Below, one piece after another: positions 40,660-52,400 of a stretch of 64,000 nucleotides of DNA. The position numbers and the translations under genes were made by a program. The stretch is taken from NCBI GenBank assembly GCA_037379345.1, contig CM074520.1, positions 7,626,001 through 7,690,000 on the forward strand. Reading direction: 5' to 3'. This stretch comes from Perna viridis (Eukaryota). Positions within the stretch are counted from its first letter, which is position 1, and every line of letters begins with the position of its first letter. The notes below the pieces were generated by a model. It did no database searches. It was not told the origin of the DNA and worked only from the letters and a program-made list of their open reading frames with translations.

Positions 40660-41541
40660 GTAGATAAAATTGTGAAAATGAGAAGTACCCTTTTAGTAAT
40701 AAAATAAATATAATTATTCTTCTTCTCTTCAAGTTGCGAATTGTGAAAAGAAAAAGAAATATTTAAGATATTCAGAATCTAAAACCACTGAGAGTACAAG
40801 AATGGTAAAATCTCCCTGAGATAAGGAAATATCACATAACTAAAATTTGGATACCGTAGTCTCACAAGTGAGAAACAGTTATTTTCTAAATTGTCGACTC
40901 ATATTGAATAAGCAATGTTTTAATGTGATTTTCATTTCACAAATTAAGGAACATTTATCGTTTGAAGAAAGTTATGAAAGTCTTACTGGACATTTGCCAA
41001 GTTATTTTATAACTTCTTTCAAAAAACCTTGGTTGAGTTTTCCCTTTATGTTGTTATTTATTATATTCGTTCCAAACTGAAGTACAACTTTAAGACCAGT
41101 CCAATATCTCAAATATTGTCAGCGTAAACAAGTCTTGTTTATTCGACTTAAGTTATCTATCTATACGAGCTTTATTTGGTTGGTTTGTATACATATTTAA
41201 TATGGAATCATTAAATTTTGAAAGCTTGGTATCAAATTAAACACCCTGGAATATTTATATACGGAGATATAAACATAATTGTGTGAAAGTTATAAAATGA
41301 TTCCGTGGCGTTTTATTGTGTACTCTAAGAACAACTAAATCTCTCTTTTAGAACAAGGATTTTGTTGTGTCAAACGAGTGTAAAACTGAACACAAATTAC
41401 AATAAAATTAATTTATTCTACATAGAAATATATTTGGTCAACCCGGAATACAAGTTATTTATTTATTTATTTATTTATTTTTTGTAAAGAAATTGTGAGT
41501 TATTGCATTACTTTAGGCTAATATAACTTTGATTTATAGAA

Positions 41542-41620
41542 AGAGTAATCAAGGAAACCAAGGTTCGAGCGGAAATCAAAAGAATATATAACAAGGATAA
41601 AAACTAGACAGGGGAAACAG
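41542..41620 (-). mobile_element. PLE 3'-terminal remnant
   Basis: agagtaatcaaggaaaccaagg... is the reverse complement of the family terminus. Confidence 0.7.
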
Positions 41621-41626
41621 TCTAAC

Positions 41627-41781
41627 TGGCCGAGTGGTCTAGGGCGCTGGACTTTGTGCAGGCGGTGTTGCCATAGATGTCATAGCGGTACGAGGTCGAG
41701 TCCCGCGGAGGGAACGACAAAAAAATTGACAGTTCTAACATCGCTAGGAATTTTTTAGATCTGTAATACATATATATATAT
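41627..41781 (+). mobile_element. tRNA-derived SINE
   Basis: Box A TGGCCGAGTGG (41627-41637), box B-like GGTCGAGTCCC (41694-41704), (TA)n tail; second copy at 40216-40324. Confidence 0.7.
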
Positions 41782-42818
41782 TTATATTTATTGACTCAAT
41801 TTACAGCTTTACCAGCAAATACTCTAGTATAGCAATGTACATAATCTGTAGCCTTAACATCTAGTGCAGAGTAAGTGGCCAATGACTTGAAAATATTTAC
41901 CGGACCCTTAAAATAACAAAATTACCGAACACTAATCCGATCCATAATCAAATCAAGCCCAAAACAAATCTTGTAAAATAGATATTACATCACCGGGCAG
42001 TTGGTTACGCAATGTTCCTTGATACAGGCACTTTAAACGAAATGGTTGGTAAAATCTAGGTTTTACAGCGTGCTAAACCATTCGTCCATTGCGGCGTGTA
42101 TGTATCGGTGGTGATTAAATAACATTTGCATGCTATTGTGTCATAACCGGTAAGAATACTTTGATACTTTATTATATTTGATGATGTTGTTGAGCTTTAC
42201 CACAGGGTTTTTTTTCGCTTAGCAAAATGTGTAAATATATCTATAATTGGGAATATAAGATCTTTTGAATAAAAGAGTTTAACAGTCAGCACATGTCCAC
42301 AATAAGACGCTATAGATGAGATAAAATTTTAAATGAATTAAACGTTTACCTTTTGACCGGAAGACCCATTGTTATTTATTGAATAAGCCAATCTCAAGAC
42401 AATGATAATTTGGATGAGATTTCTCGTTGTCATTGACACCTTCGTGATAATTGCATATAATTCTTTTACCTTAAAGCTAACTCTCGACACACTTCATAAT
42501 CTGACTCCTCACGGACCCTTTCTAAATTGTGTAATCACAACATTAAACACATAAAGTGAGAATAATTTTAGTGGAAGAAGCACATTTACAATAGTTATTA
42601 TTAAATAATACCTACAGGTGTGAAAGATTTTAAGTGTCCTCATCTATACTACTAATGGTTTGCCTTAATTCAGAAGATAATTTTGGTAATTCTAAATGTA
42701 GTTCTGACAGTACCTGTATGGCGATACTACAGTCACGTTGCTAAAGTGTGAAATATAGTGGGAGAGTGCGAAGGCAATATGAGTTGAACGAATTACAAAA
42801 CTGTACAGATACTATGAA

Positions 42819-43075
42819 AGAATAATCAAGGGAACCAAGGTTATAGCGGTAATCACAAGAATGTAATCCAGGGACAAATACCAGACATGGAAAACAGACA
42901 TACATAACAAAGAACATAAAGTAACAAAAATCATACATACAAAGTAACAAAAGCAAATGAGCAACTCGGACTCCACTAAAAACTGGGAGCATGGACCAGG
43001 TGCACCAGTAGGGTAAGCGTCCTTTGCTTTTCTAGAACCACCGTGTTGCTCATAAAAAGTCAAGACCGGTAGCAT
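42819..43075 (-). mobile_element. PLE 3'-end fragment
   Basis: Reverse complement of the family 3' UTR; source of spurious ORFs at 42741-43102. Confidence 0.85.
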
Positions 43076-43699
43076 AGGGGAGATCAAGCAATACCAAAAC
43101 AAGTTCAGTAACTCATCTCCTCATAACAAAGTGCTAGTTAGGTGCACTTTATTAACATATTTGGAAAAATCATGATAGAACTTAAGTACAGTATATTTCA
43201 TTGCCTAAAGTGTTGGAAGGAAAGGTTTATTTAGCCTTGACCTTAGTATTACGTCAGAATTAAGCCATGATATATTCCCTTAAGATTCTTAAGCTAATGT
43301 TTTATAACAAAATCTCAAGGCAGACCGAAGTGAGGATGGCAACAAAGGAATAAATGCCATTGTTGATATTGTTAATAAGACATTTAATTACATTGTTGCA
43401 TTGCATTTTTTCTATGCATTAGTCAACACTCAATTTGTTCCGTTCATTTGCGGACAAGGTCGTGCTTAAAACATTGTTTTAAAAACATTTTGCTTTTTCA
43501 TAGATCGGAAAACGATTATTTAGCTGAATTTTGTAAATGCATAGTCTATTACAAACTTTAGCAGTTTCAATGAATAAAATAAATTAAAAGTAGAAGTAGA
43601 CTGATATTGTGTCTACATGTCATAGCTCATCCAATCCGTATTATATCGGATATTGCATACGATGATTGCCCTATTGAGGCACCTGGTTTTGTTTCAAGT

Positions 43700-45142
43700 T
43701 ATTAGTAATATCCTTGAGGATCATTAAAACTTTATGTTGTCTTATTTGATTTCTGTGTGTTATAGTATGTAGTATATGTTATAGATTCTTCATACTTCAT
43801 GCTTCCACAGGAATCCACAACAAGGCTACATAACTCGATCTGCAAAATGTACCACCAACCGGCTTTCAAAATTTTAACTTCTATACTCACAGCTGTAAAA
43901 GACCGTCTCCAGTCCTACCACGACACCTGTTTCTCCCGAAGTGGTGTTAATTTAATGTGGATCCTGCGAAGATTTTCTGGAAATCCTCAAGGTTATTATC
44001 AGAATACAATAGCATTAAAATATATAACTTTTCAACTCTTTATAATTCTATTCCCAATACTCAGTTAAAATCCCGACTCAAAAACATTATTCATCGTTAA
44101 TACTCCAAAAAGGTCAGTACACCTAGCTGCAAATGTGTAGTTCTTGGTATAGACTTCGTATACCTTGTAAAAAAACGATTCCAAATCATCTTCCAAATAT
44201 ACCAAAGAAGACGTTTTCAAACTTATGGAATTTTTATTCGACAACATATTTGTCCAGTAGGATGGACGCGTTTTTTCAATAAACGGTTGACATTCCAATG
44301 CGAACAAATTGCGCTCCGGATCCTCCACTAGCCGACCTTTTCCTTCATTCTTATGGGGCTGACTTTACTGCCGATCTAATCTAAAGAAAGGTTCATCGTT
44401 TAGCCGGATCCTTTGATCTAACTTTCCGCTATATAAATGACGTATTATCGTTACACAATCCTAATTTCGGGGATTTGATACATCGCATCTACCCTACAGA
44501 CCTTCATATATAGGATACTACAGACACTGTGAAGTCAGTCATATCTTGATCTACACTAAGGGATCCATATAAAGTAAAACTATTGAACAAACTATACAAC
44601 TTTTCCTTTTTCTGTGGCAACATCCCTTCAGCACTTGCGTATGGAGTGTTCATATCTCAACTCATACGTTATGCCAGAGCTTGCCGAAACTACACAGACT
44701 TTTTGTATCGCGCTAGAACTCTAACAAATAGGCTTCTGAAACAGGGTTATGTTGCTACAAGATTGAAGTCATCACTACAGAAGTTTTATGGTCGTCATCA
44801 TGAACTCGTGGATCGTTATGGTGCATCCATCTGCACCATGAAAACTGATTTATTTTCATAGTTTTCCTTTCCTCGTTTGTCTACCCTGGACTTGACTTTT
44901 TATGAGCAACTCAGCGAGTGTTTCTAGAAAAGCAGAGGACGCTTACCATACCGGTGCACCTGGTCCATGCTCACAGTTTTTAGTGTGGAGTCCGAGTTGT
45001 TCATTTGCTTTTGTGACTTTGTATGTATGATTTTAGTTACTTTACGTTCTTTGTTGTGCATGTCTGCTTTCCATGCCTGGTCTTGGTGCCTGGATTGCAT
45101 TCTATTGATTACCGCTATAACCTTGGTTCCCTTGATTACTCT
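43700..45142 (+). mobile_element. Degenerate Penelope-like retroelement (Naiad-type), RT region plus 3' UTR
   Basis: Broken-frame RT motifs [74 protein letters not shown]; ORF ends after the RT thumb with no C-terminal GIY-YIG; 5' boundary approximate. Confidence 0.8.
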
Positions 45143-45541
45143 TTCATTTCTCAACTCATACGTTATGCCAGAGCTTGCCGTAACTATGCAGACTTTTTGT
45201 AAGGAAGGCTAGATTTCTTACAATTAGTCTTCTGAAACAGGGTTGTGTTGCTACAAGTGGATCGTTACGGTGTATCCATCTGCACCATTAGAACTGATTT
45301 GTTCAATGTGTTATATTTCCCTTTCCACTTTCGTCTACCCCGGACATGACTTTTATGAAAAGCAGATAACCCTTACCCGACCGTTGTACCATTGATGGAG
45401 TCCTTACTAATGTTACATTGTACGTATTGTTTTGGTTATGTTATGTTCTATACGTGTGCGTCTGTTTTCCAGGTCTGGTCTTTGCCCCTGAATTACATTC
45501 TTTTGATTTCCGCTAGAATCTGGGTTTTCATGATTACTCTC
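45143..45541 (+). mobile_element. Second, more decayed head-to-tail copy of the same PLE 3' end
   Basis: Restarts at tctcaactcatacgttatgccagagcttgccg and ends in tgattactct. Confidence 0.8.
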
Positions 45542-46475
45542 TCTTGTACCAAATTATTTTATTAATTATCAAATGATTTTTAATTTGGTTAGCGTGTTTT
45601 TTCTTCAATTTGTTGGTTTGTTCCTTTGTTTCCTGTTTGCTTGTTGTATCATTAACCTATCCCTGATTTTGCTTCAATACAGTGCAAGTTTTTATCTCAT
45701 TTCAAATGATACGAAAAGAATATTTTAAATAATTCAAAATATACAGCTCAACCTGTATGAACAAAGAATTTATTGCATATACAGTTCATATTTTAGACGT
45801 TACATGCAAAATATCTAAATTGAAACGAAGGTGTGTTAAAACCTTCAAATAAATAAAAATGTTTGAAATGTTGATTGAAAATACCTCAAACAAATCCAAT
45901 TTTCAACAGAAAAATTGAACATTAAGAGGTGTGGAATTACTGATATCACAATGTTATGTAACAACACATTAGGTCGCTTATCACAAGAAGAAGAATTTTC
46001 ATGATTTTTTTTGCTGCTAATGTTGCGAGAAGATGTACATCACAGCAATACTTTCGATAATAATGACATTAATCGTATTTCTTTGAATTTTGTTTTGAGA
46101 GAATAAAAAAAAAATGCAAGAAATCTACCAAGTCGATGCACCTGATTCCCCCATTTTCAGAAAAGTAATGAGATATAAGACTTCCCAAAACCTAGATACT
46201 GTGTGTTTCCCGCCTTCCTCATTCAATCATGATGGCTTTGGATTGGCAGGTAGAGGGGATAGTTTTCTCGCCTTGATTTAACTTTCATGATCATTTTTTT
46301 TAAAATTCAATTGATATTGCTTATTTGAAAGCAAAAGTAATTTTATTATGTTGACACGAAATCACCATTACATTATTTGTTTTGTTAGGTCATTTTCTAT
46401 CAGATAAAGGGCAACCAAACTATTTAATTTACAAAAACATGAAAAATGTCATATTTTTTTAAATAGTTCATGCTA

Positions 46476-46733
46476 CACAGCAAATATTTTTCATGTGAAG
46501 TTCATGTTAATCGAGCCTCACGTGAATTTCATGTGAACTTCACATGAAATTAACGTGATTTTCACGTGAAATTCACTTAACACGACCTTCATGTTATCAA
46601 TTCATGTGAATTTCATGTTAATACTCGATTCACCTGAATTTAACGTGAAATTTATCACGAAGTTTATTTGCTCAATTCAGGTGAAAATCATGTAAAATTA
46701 ATGTGAAAATCACGTGAAATAATTTTTCCTGTG
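46476..46733. mobile_element. MITE with CACAG termini, TA flanks and an internal array of TCAYRTGA palindromes
   Basis: TA|CACAGCAAATATT ... AATTTTTCCTGTG|TA; repeated ttcacgtgaa / ttcatgtgaa units. Confidence 0.7.
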
Positions 46734-48630
46734 TAACAATTACTGTATAAAAATAATGCAATGAGTGTCATAGTGGCAATACATGCACTATGTCTTCTAT
46801 AATTGCGTTGAATGTGACACTGACCATAAAACAAATAAAAAGCACATTTTATAGCGGCAAGAACTTCGCAAAAAAAATATGTATTGCTTACAAATAAACA
46901 CGTGTACATGTACCACGATGGTGACTAACAAATGCATATCACGAGCACATAGGAAAACAAACAAAAAGTAAAATTAAAATGGATTTTGACATAAGAAACA
47001 CAAGATATGTAGCACTTTTGAGTACTAATAAAATTTAGAGTCAATGTTTTTTCGTACAAGTTTGACTGTCGTTTACTGGTTGATCGGAGTGAACTATTTT
47101 CAGAAGATTTTGTTTGCTATTATTTTCTTTGTGTTTTGATATATTGTTTGTGGATAAGTAAAAAAAACAAGGATACAAAAATGAGCACTATGATTTTTCT
47201 TATGTGCATATACAAAAAAAAATGTATCTTATTTTGCTTCTATCTATTATCGTTCAAGGATATTGTGTTTATATATAAAGCAGTATACATTCGTTACTCT
47301 GTTGTATTGAAAAGATAAGAGTTTTTGTCTACAATAATTTTACATTTTTACCATTGCAATAAATTAGATTTTAAATGATAATCAATTGATATAAAACGTG
47401 AATTTATTTTCGAGAAGGAAAAAAATGTTAATAGATGTCTAGTGTTTGCGCAATATTTTTTTTCTTTTTTCTGAATTTTCTTTTGGAGTAATAAATTCGT
47501 TTTCGTTACTGTTGTTTCATAACATCTCTTTTTTCTATCTTTCTCTTCAAAGGTAAACTTCGTAGAGAACAAAAACGGTTGATATTATATCAATAGTATG
47601 TTAATCTTCTAAGTGCATCGGTTTGAAGTTGTTATGGTTGAAGAAGGATAACTCAGTTTTATTCAAGTTAGAACAATGGACCATTCATTGCCATTATTTA
47701 TGAGAATCCTCAATTGTCAAAACGTTTTTAACGAGGATGCTGCGATGACGCAACGTTGTTTACGGGGACGAAAGTTGAATTCCCGAATTGGACCATTCTG
47801 AGTGAAGAGCTGAATTACAACAGTACACAAATTTCTTGTGTACACTAGATTTTCAGGCATTCCCGCACCTTTGTTAATTTTATAAAACAATTGGATTATC
47901 AAAGAAAAATAAAATAAAACAAAAACAAAACAAAAACAAAAAAATCCTTACATTTCCGTTTCTTTTGTTTTCTATCCGAATAAATAATTGATCAGTAATA
48001 TTGATATTACGCAGTTAGGAAACATGTGAAACGCAGATTTCTGAAGGAACGACGTTAATGACGTCACAGTATTAAATAAGTTGATACAAAAAAAAAGGAT
48101 ATAGTTGGGAAAGAAATTAAAATTACAGATCAAATATGTGTTTAAGTGTCATTCTCGGTAAGAACCAGGCAGTGGGTGAATCGTGGTATAAAATTCATTC
48201 AGTTTTTTTCATGTAAAATATTCAAAAATGGTATCTGTAATGCAGAATGGTATTATATATAATTTCATCTTTTTTTTCTGTTTTCAATGTCAGTAGTTCG
48301 GGGTATAAACTATATGAAATGCATTTCAATTTCATCACCAAAGTGTCTTCTGACACTTCCAATGCAAACAAACTGTCAGTTTGTTTTCAATAGGCCATAA
48401 ACTATGTATTCACATTGTAAAATTCGTGTGTTTTCCTGAGCAAGATTAATATTTTTTTCAATTTTGAATTATTTTTGCAGATTGCAGCACTTAAGTAGCA
48501 CTCTAGCTAAGAATCAAGCAAAATGTGATTCATGATTGAAAAGCCTACAAATTTTTATTTTTGATATTTTGTTTGAATTGCAATACATTCAGTTTTTTTT
48601 CCATATAATACGTGCTCTTAGGAGATAAAA

Positions 48631-49092
48631 ATTGTATAGAATGTACTGTAGAAATCAAAATGAAGGGAGATAACTTTGTACCAAGCGTTAACTACGTATA
48701 AAATCCGAATATAAAGGCCAACGCGTGTGTAAATAAATGCAACACCATATTTCTTATCCAATATGAAAAATGACTAATTCGGCATCTGAATCGCCCTGAA
48801 GAAGAAATATCGGGTAATTTCACGTATATAGGACGTTATATCAGAATTATGCTTAAACATTAAATCTTTAATAAAAGTAAATGTAAATGACACTAAAATA
48901 CAATAGAAACTATTGGATTTTCAATGTGGATTATCTCATAAGAACACACAGAATGGAATGAAAAATTATACATTTCATTATATAGACCCACAGAACAACT
49001 TAATGATAAAAATAAAAATGTGTACCCTTTTAAGGTGTATCACTTATTACAGAATTTGCACGATTCTTTGTACTCTTTTTTACACAGGCTGG
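48631..49092 (+). repeat. Dispersed repeat (direct copy of 50541-50777) interrupted by a ~200-bp insert
   Basis: tgtaaatgacactaaaat.caatagaaa...taaggtgtatca shared with 50541-50777. Confidence 0.75.
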
Positions 49093-49311
49093 CTCTTTAT
49101 GTCATACCAAGCGTTAACTACATTAAATCTATAATAAAAGTAAGTTATTTTCAATATTACTCAGTGCTGTTTGCCTTTGTAAGTTTTCTGTCATTTAGTG
49201 TCCGTTGTCTGTGTATGGACATTGATTGCTGTATAAGTTGCTTTTCTAGTTATTATCAGTGTTAAAATATTAGCAATAATATTTTGTTAAAAAAAATATC
49301 AATTTATCAAA

Positions 49312-49466
49312 TTATTTCTGTGTCGTTGTAATGCTTAATTCTGGTTGTGGTGTGTTGTTTGATGTTTCATCTATCTCTAGTCGGTTATATCTCTCCTTCA
49401 GTAAGGCAAGAACAGGGATACAACCTGCTATTCCTCCTAACATACACCAGGAGGCCCAACGTGTAC
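49312..49466 (-). CDS. SLC49A4: SLC49A4 exon 12 (last)
   Basis: TRWASWCMLG...ERYNRLEID...QK*. Confidence 0.9.
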
Positions 49467-52400
49467 CTGAATAGTAAAGGTCGTCATTATATTCCATTCT
49501 CAAACTAAGGACAATTACCAAAATCGTTTTATTAACCTTTAATCATACATGCTTATATGGTATTATATGAAATTATGTTTATGAAGACGAATCATTCTTA
49601 ATACATACAGGTTCTTTTGGTTATCTCATGTTCTTTGTTGTGTTTGTCTGTTTTCCCTGTCTAGTGTTTGTCCACGTATTGAATTCTTTCGGTTTCCGTT
49701 AGAATCTTCTTTTGGTACAAATTACACGTTTGTGAACCAAATGATTTTTTTCTTGGCGTAACCAACATAAGTTTTACGCTTTGGTTCAAGCGTTATATAG
49801 AATCCGTACTTCTAAAGTATGCAATTTCATTAAGGCCAGGTAGTTTACGATATCATATCATTTCATTATGATTAATAATAGAAGAATTAATTATAATGTG
49901 TGCCTTCATTTAAATACATATACGTTTACTTACTAAATGCATATATATAAAATGCTACCATTGTTTTATTTTTAGTAAAAAGTTTGCCTTTTATTGTGAT
50001 GGATTTTCTCAAATAGTAGCTTTTTATCTTTGAAAAAGTGCGATAAGGTGTCGCCTTATACGAGGCCTAGAGCTAAGTAGCATGGTTTTCTTAACTTACC
50101 AATATTAGGAATCATTTGAACAACCAAGAAAGTAGCACCTCCAACGTTAGTAGCAAGGGTAAGAACTAAGTTAGTTGTTCCTTCAGGAACTGGAAAAGCT
50201 ATTTCACATCCAACCTCGAAAAACAAGGGGATGGTTGAGTTTAGGAACATGGTTCCCAAAATAATGGATGTATATAACTGAACTGAAATATAAAAATATA
50301 TAGGTACTCAAACCTTTCGACATTGTAATAATTACAATATATGAAATAGTTTTCCTGTTCGTATAAGACCGATCTCGCCACTTACATGTAAGAGAAGGGT
50401 TATGACTCGATAATGTTTTATGAATTAAGTAGCACTCCGAATAAGAATTATGCAATGTATGATACATGGTTGGAAAACCTACAAGTTTTTATTTTTGATA
50501 TTTTGTTTTATCATATAACCCTTGAACATAAAAGATATAAATTATATAGAGTGTATTGTAGAATTCAAAATTAAGGGGGATAACTCTGTAAATGACACTA
50601 AAATGCAATAGAAAGCATTGAATTTTCAATCTCCTAAGAGCAGACAGATTGGGATGAATAATTATACATTTCATCATATAGACCTATAAAGAAACAATAA
50701 CAAAAATAAAAATGTGTAGCCGTTTTTTAAGGTGTATCATATATTACAGACTTTGCAAAATTCTTACACAGACTGCTACTCAATTATGCAAAAATGGAAA
50801 CAAGTTAACACGGCAAAAATAGTTGAACTGTCATTTTGTCATGTTGTTGTTTTTATGAACACACATCGGTTAGATGTCTAATTTGAACAGAAGGTGTGTC
50901 TTATCATATTACATTTTATTACTAACCTTTATATCTACAAGGCAAAAATAAACTGCAGTTGTAAAACTTTTGACGATTTAGAAAAAAAAAGGAAACTGCA
51001 TCTATTTGTCACTGCCAGTAGGTATTGCCTTGCAGGCGCGTAGCTGAGGCCAAATTGAAGTGTAGGCAAAATTACGGCAGGGGGTCTGGGGGCCGCTTAA
51101 GGCCCCTAGCAGGTCCAGGGCTGAGCCCTGGTAGGGGGCAAAGCCCCCCCTCCCCCCGCCCGAAGCTCCGCGGAGATAGCGTTTTAGAGCATCATTTATG
51201 CCTCTTCTGGATGTATTTTATCTCCAACAAAAAAAAAAAAATGGCAAAATTAAGTGCAGGCAAAAGCTTTTTTGCCTACCGGCAGCTACGTGCCTGCCTT
51301 GGTATTCAATCTGGAATTCATTCCCGAATTAGTCTAAACCATGTACAATACAAATCACTCAATTGATTTGGTATATTATTCAGAAGTATTCCTTATCTCA
51401 GATTTTCGCTGTCACTGGACGTCTAGGGTTAATACATGCCCCAAAAACCAAATTACCTTTCATTTATCAAATAACTCATTTAGACCTTTATAAAGTTTTG
51501 CCAGATTGTCAAGGATTTTCGGTTACATCGTACATATTAGGTAACTGTAAGGAATATCATACTCGTTATGAATTATACATGATACCTGTTCGCCGACTGG
51601 TTATATTTACCTGTTGAGGACGGAATGATTCCTTGAACTAGGAATATAAACCAGACAAAACAACCCGACGCCAACGTATACAGCAATAACAGGAACAGTC
51701 TCATGTGTCGTGTCAACACATCTGAAAACCTACAATTAAGTAAGAGGGGGGCTTATCAGGGGCGGATCCAGACACTTTGAAAAGGATGGGTGCCAGTGGG
51801 GGTTCCTCGGAAAAATGGAGTGTTAGGACATTATTTGTCATGTTTTTTTTTCAATTTTTCACATAAAAATTACATTTTTTCTGTAAAAAGGGGGTGCCAA
51901 CCACTTGCATCTCCCTCAGGATCCGCCAATGCTTTTAAGAGAAAATGGGATAAAAACATCGGAACATTGTGGCTCGTTCTTACACTATCATAGTTATTCC
52001 AGTCTACCTTAATTGAAAAAATGCTCTGCAGGAGATAAATTTTATGTACGTACTGTATGTGTATGACTTTCGTGGTTGAGTTTTACTTGGTGAAGTCGGA
52101 CCACTACAAATTTTGCTTTATAATTTTAAGGCTCTGTAATATTTAGAAAGGGCATTTTCTAATATTAAGTGTGCAGATGTCAAGATTCTTTATTTACAAT
52201 CATGAAATAATGACAATTAAAACATATTTTACACAGAACACAATACGTACACGTTTCCTATTACTAATGAAATCAATAAACGTTAGCTTTTTGAAATTTT
52301 CATGGCGTAAGCCAAAGTCGGATTTATTAATATTTATAGACAAATGTCTTGATCTCAAAAGACCCATTTCAGAAAAATTCAAATATCTTTAATTTACATT

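Noticed and set aside
41627-41710. Functional tRNA gene
   Set aside because: No convincing cloverleaf or acceptor stem; shares a non-tRNA 3' body and (TA)n tail with a second copy, so a SINE is more likely
44862-45142. Possible SECIS element (some clam Naiads encode selenoproteins) or hammerhead ribozyme in the PLE 3' UTR
   Set aside because: By eye, no AUGA/AA/GA SECIS geometry, no CUGANGA...GAAA core and no consistent in-frame TGA; SECISearch would be needed to exclude it formally
51025-51366. GC-rich 113-aa ORF or CpG-island-like promoter
   Set aside because: Interior of a TIR/TSD-bounded MITE
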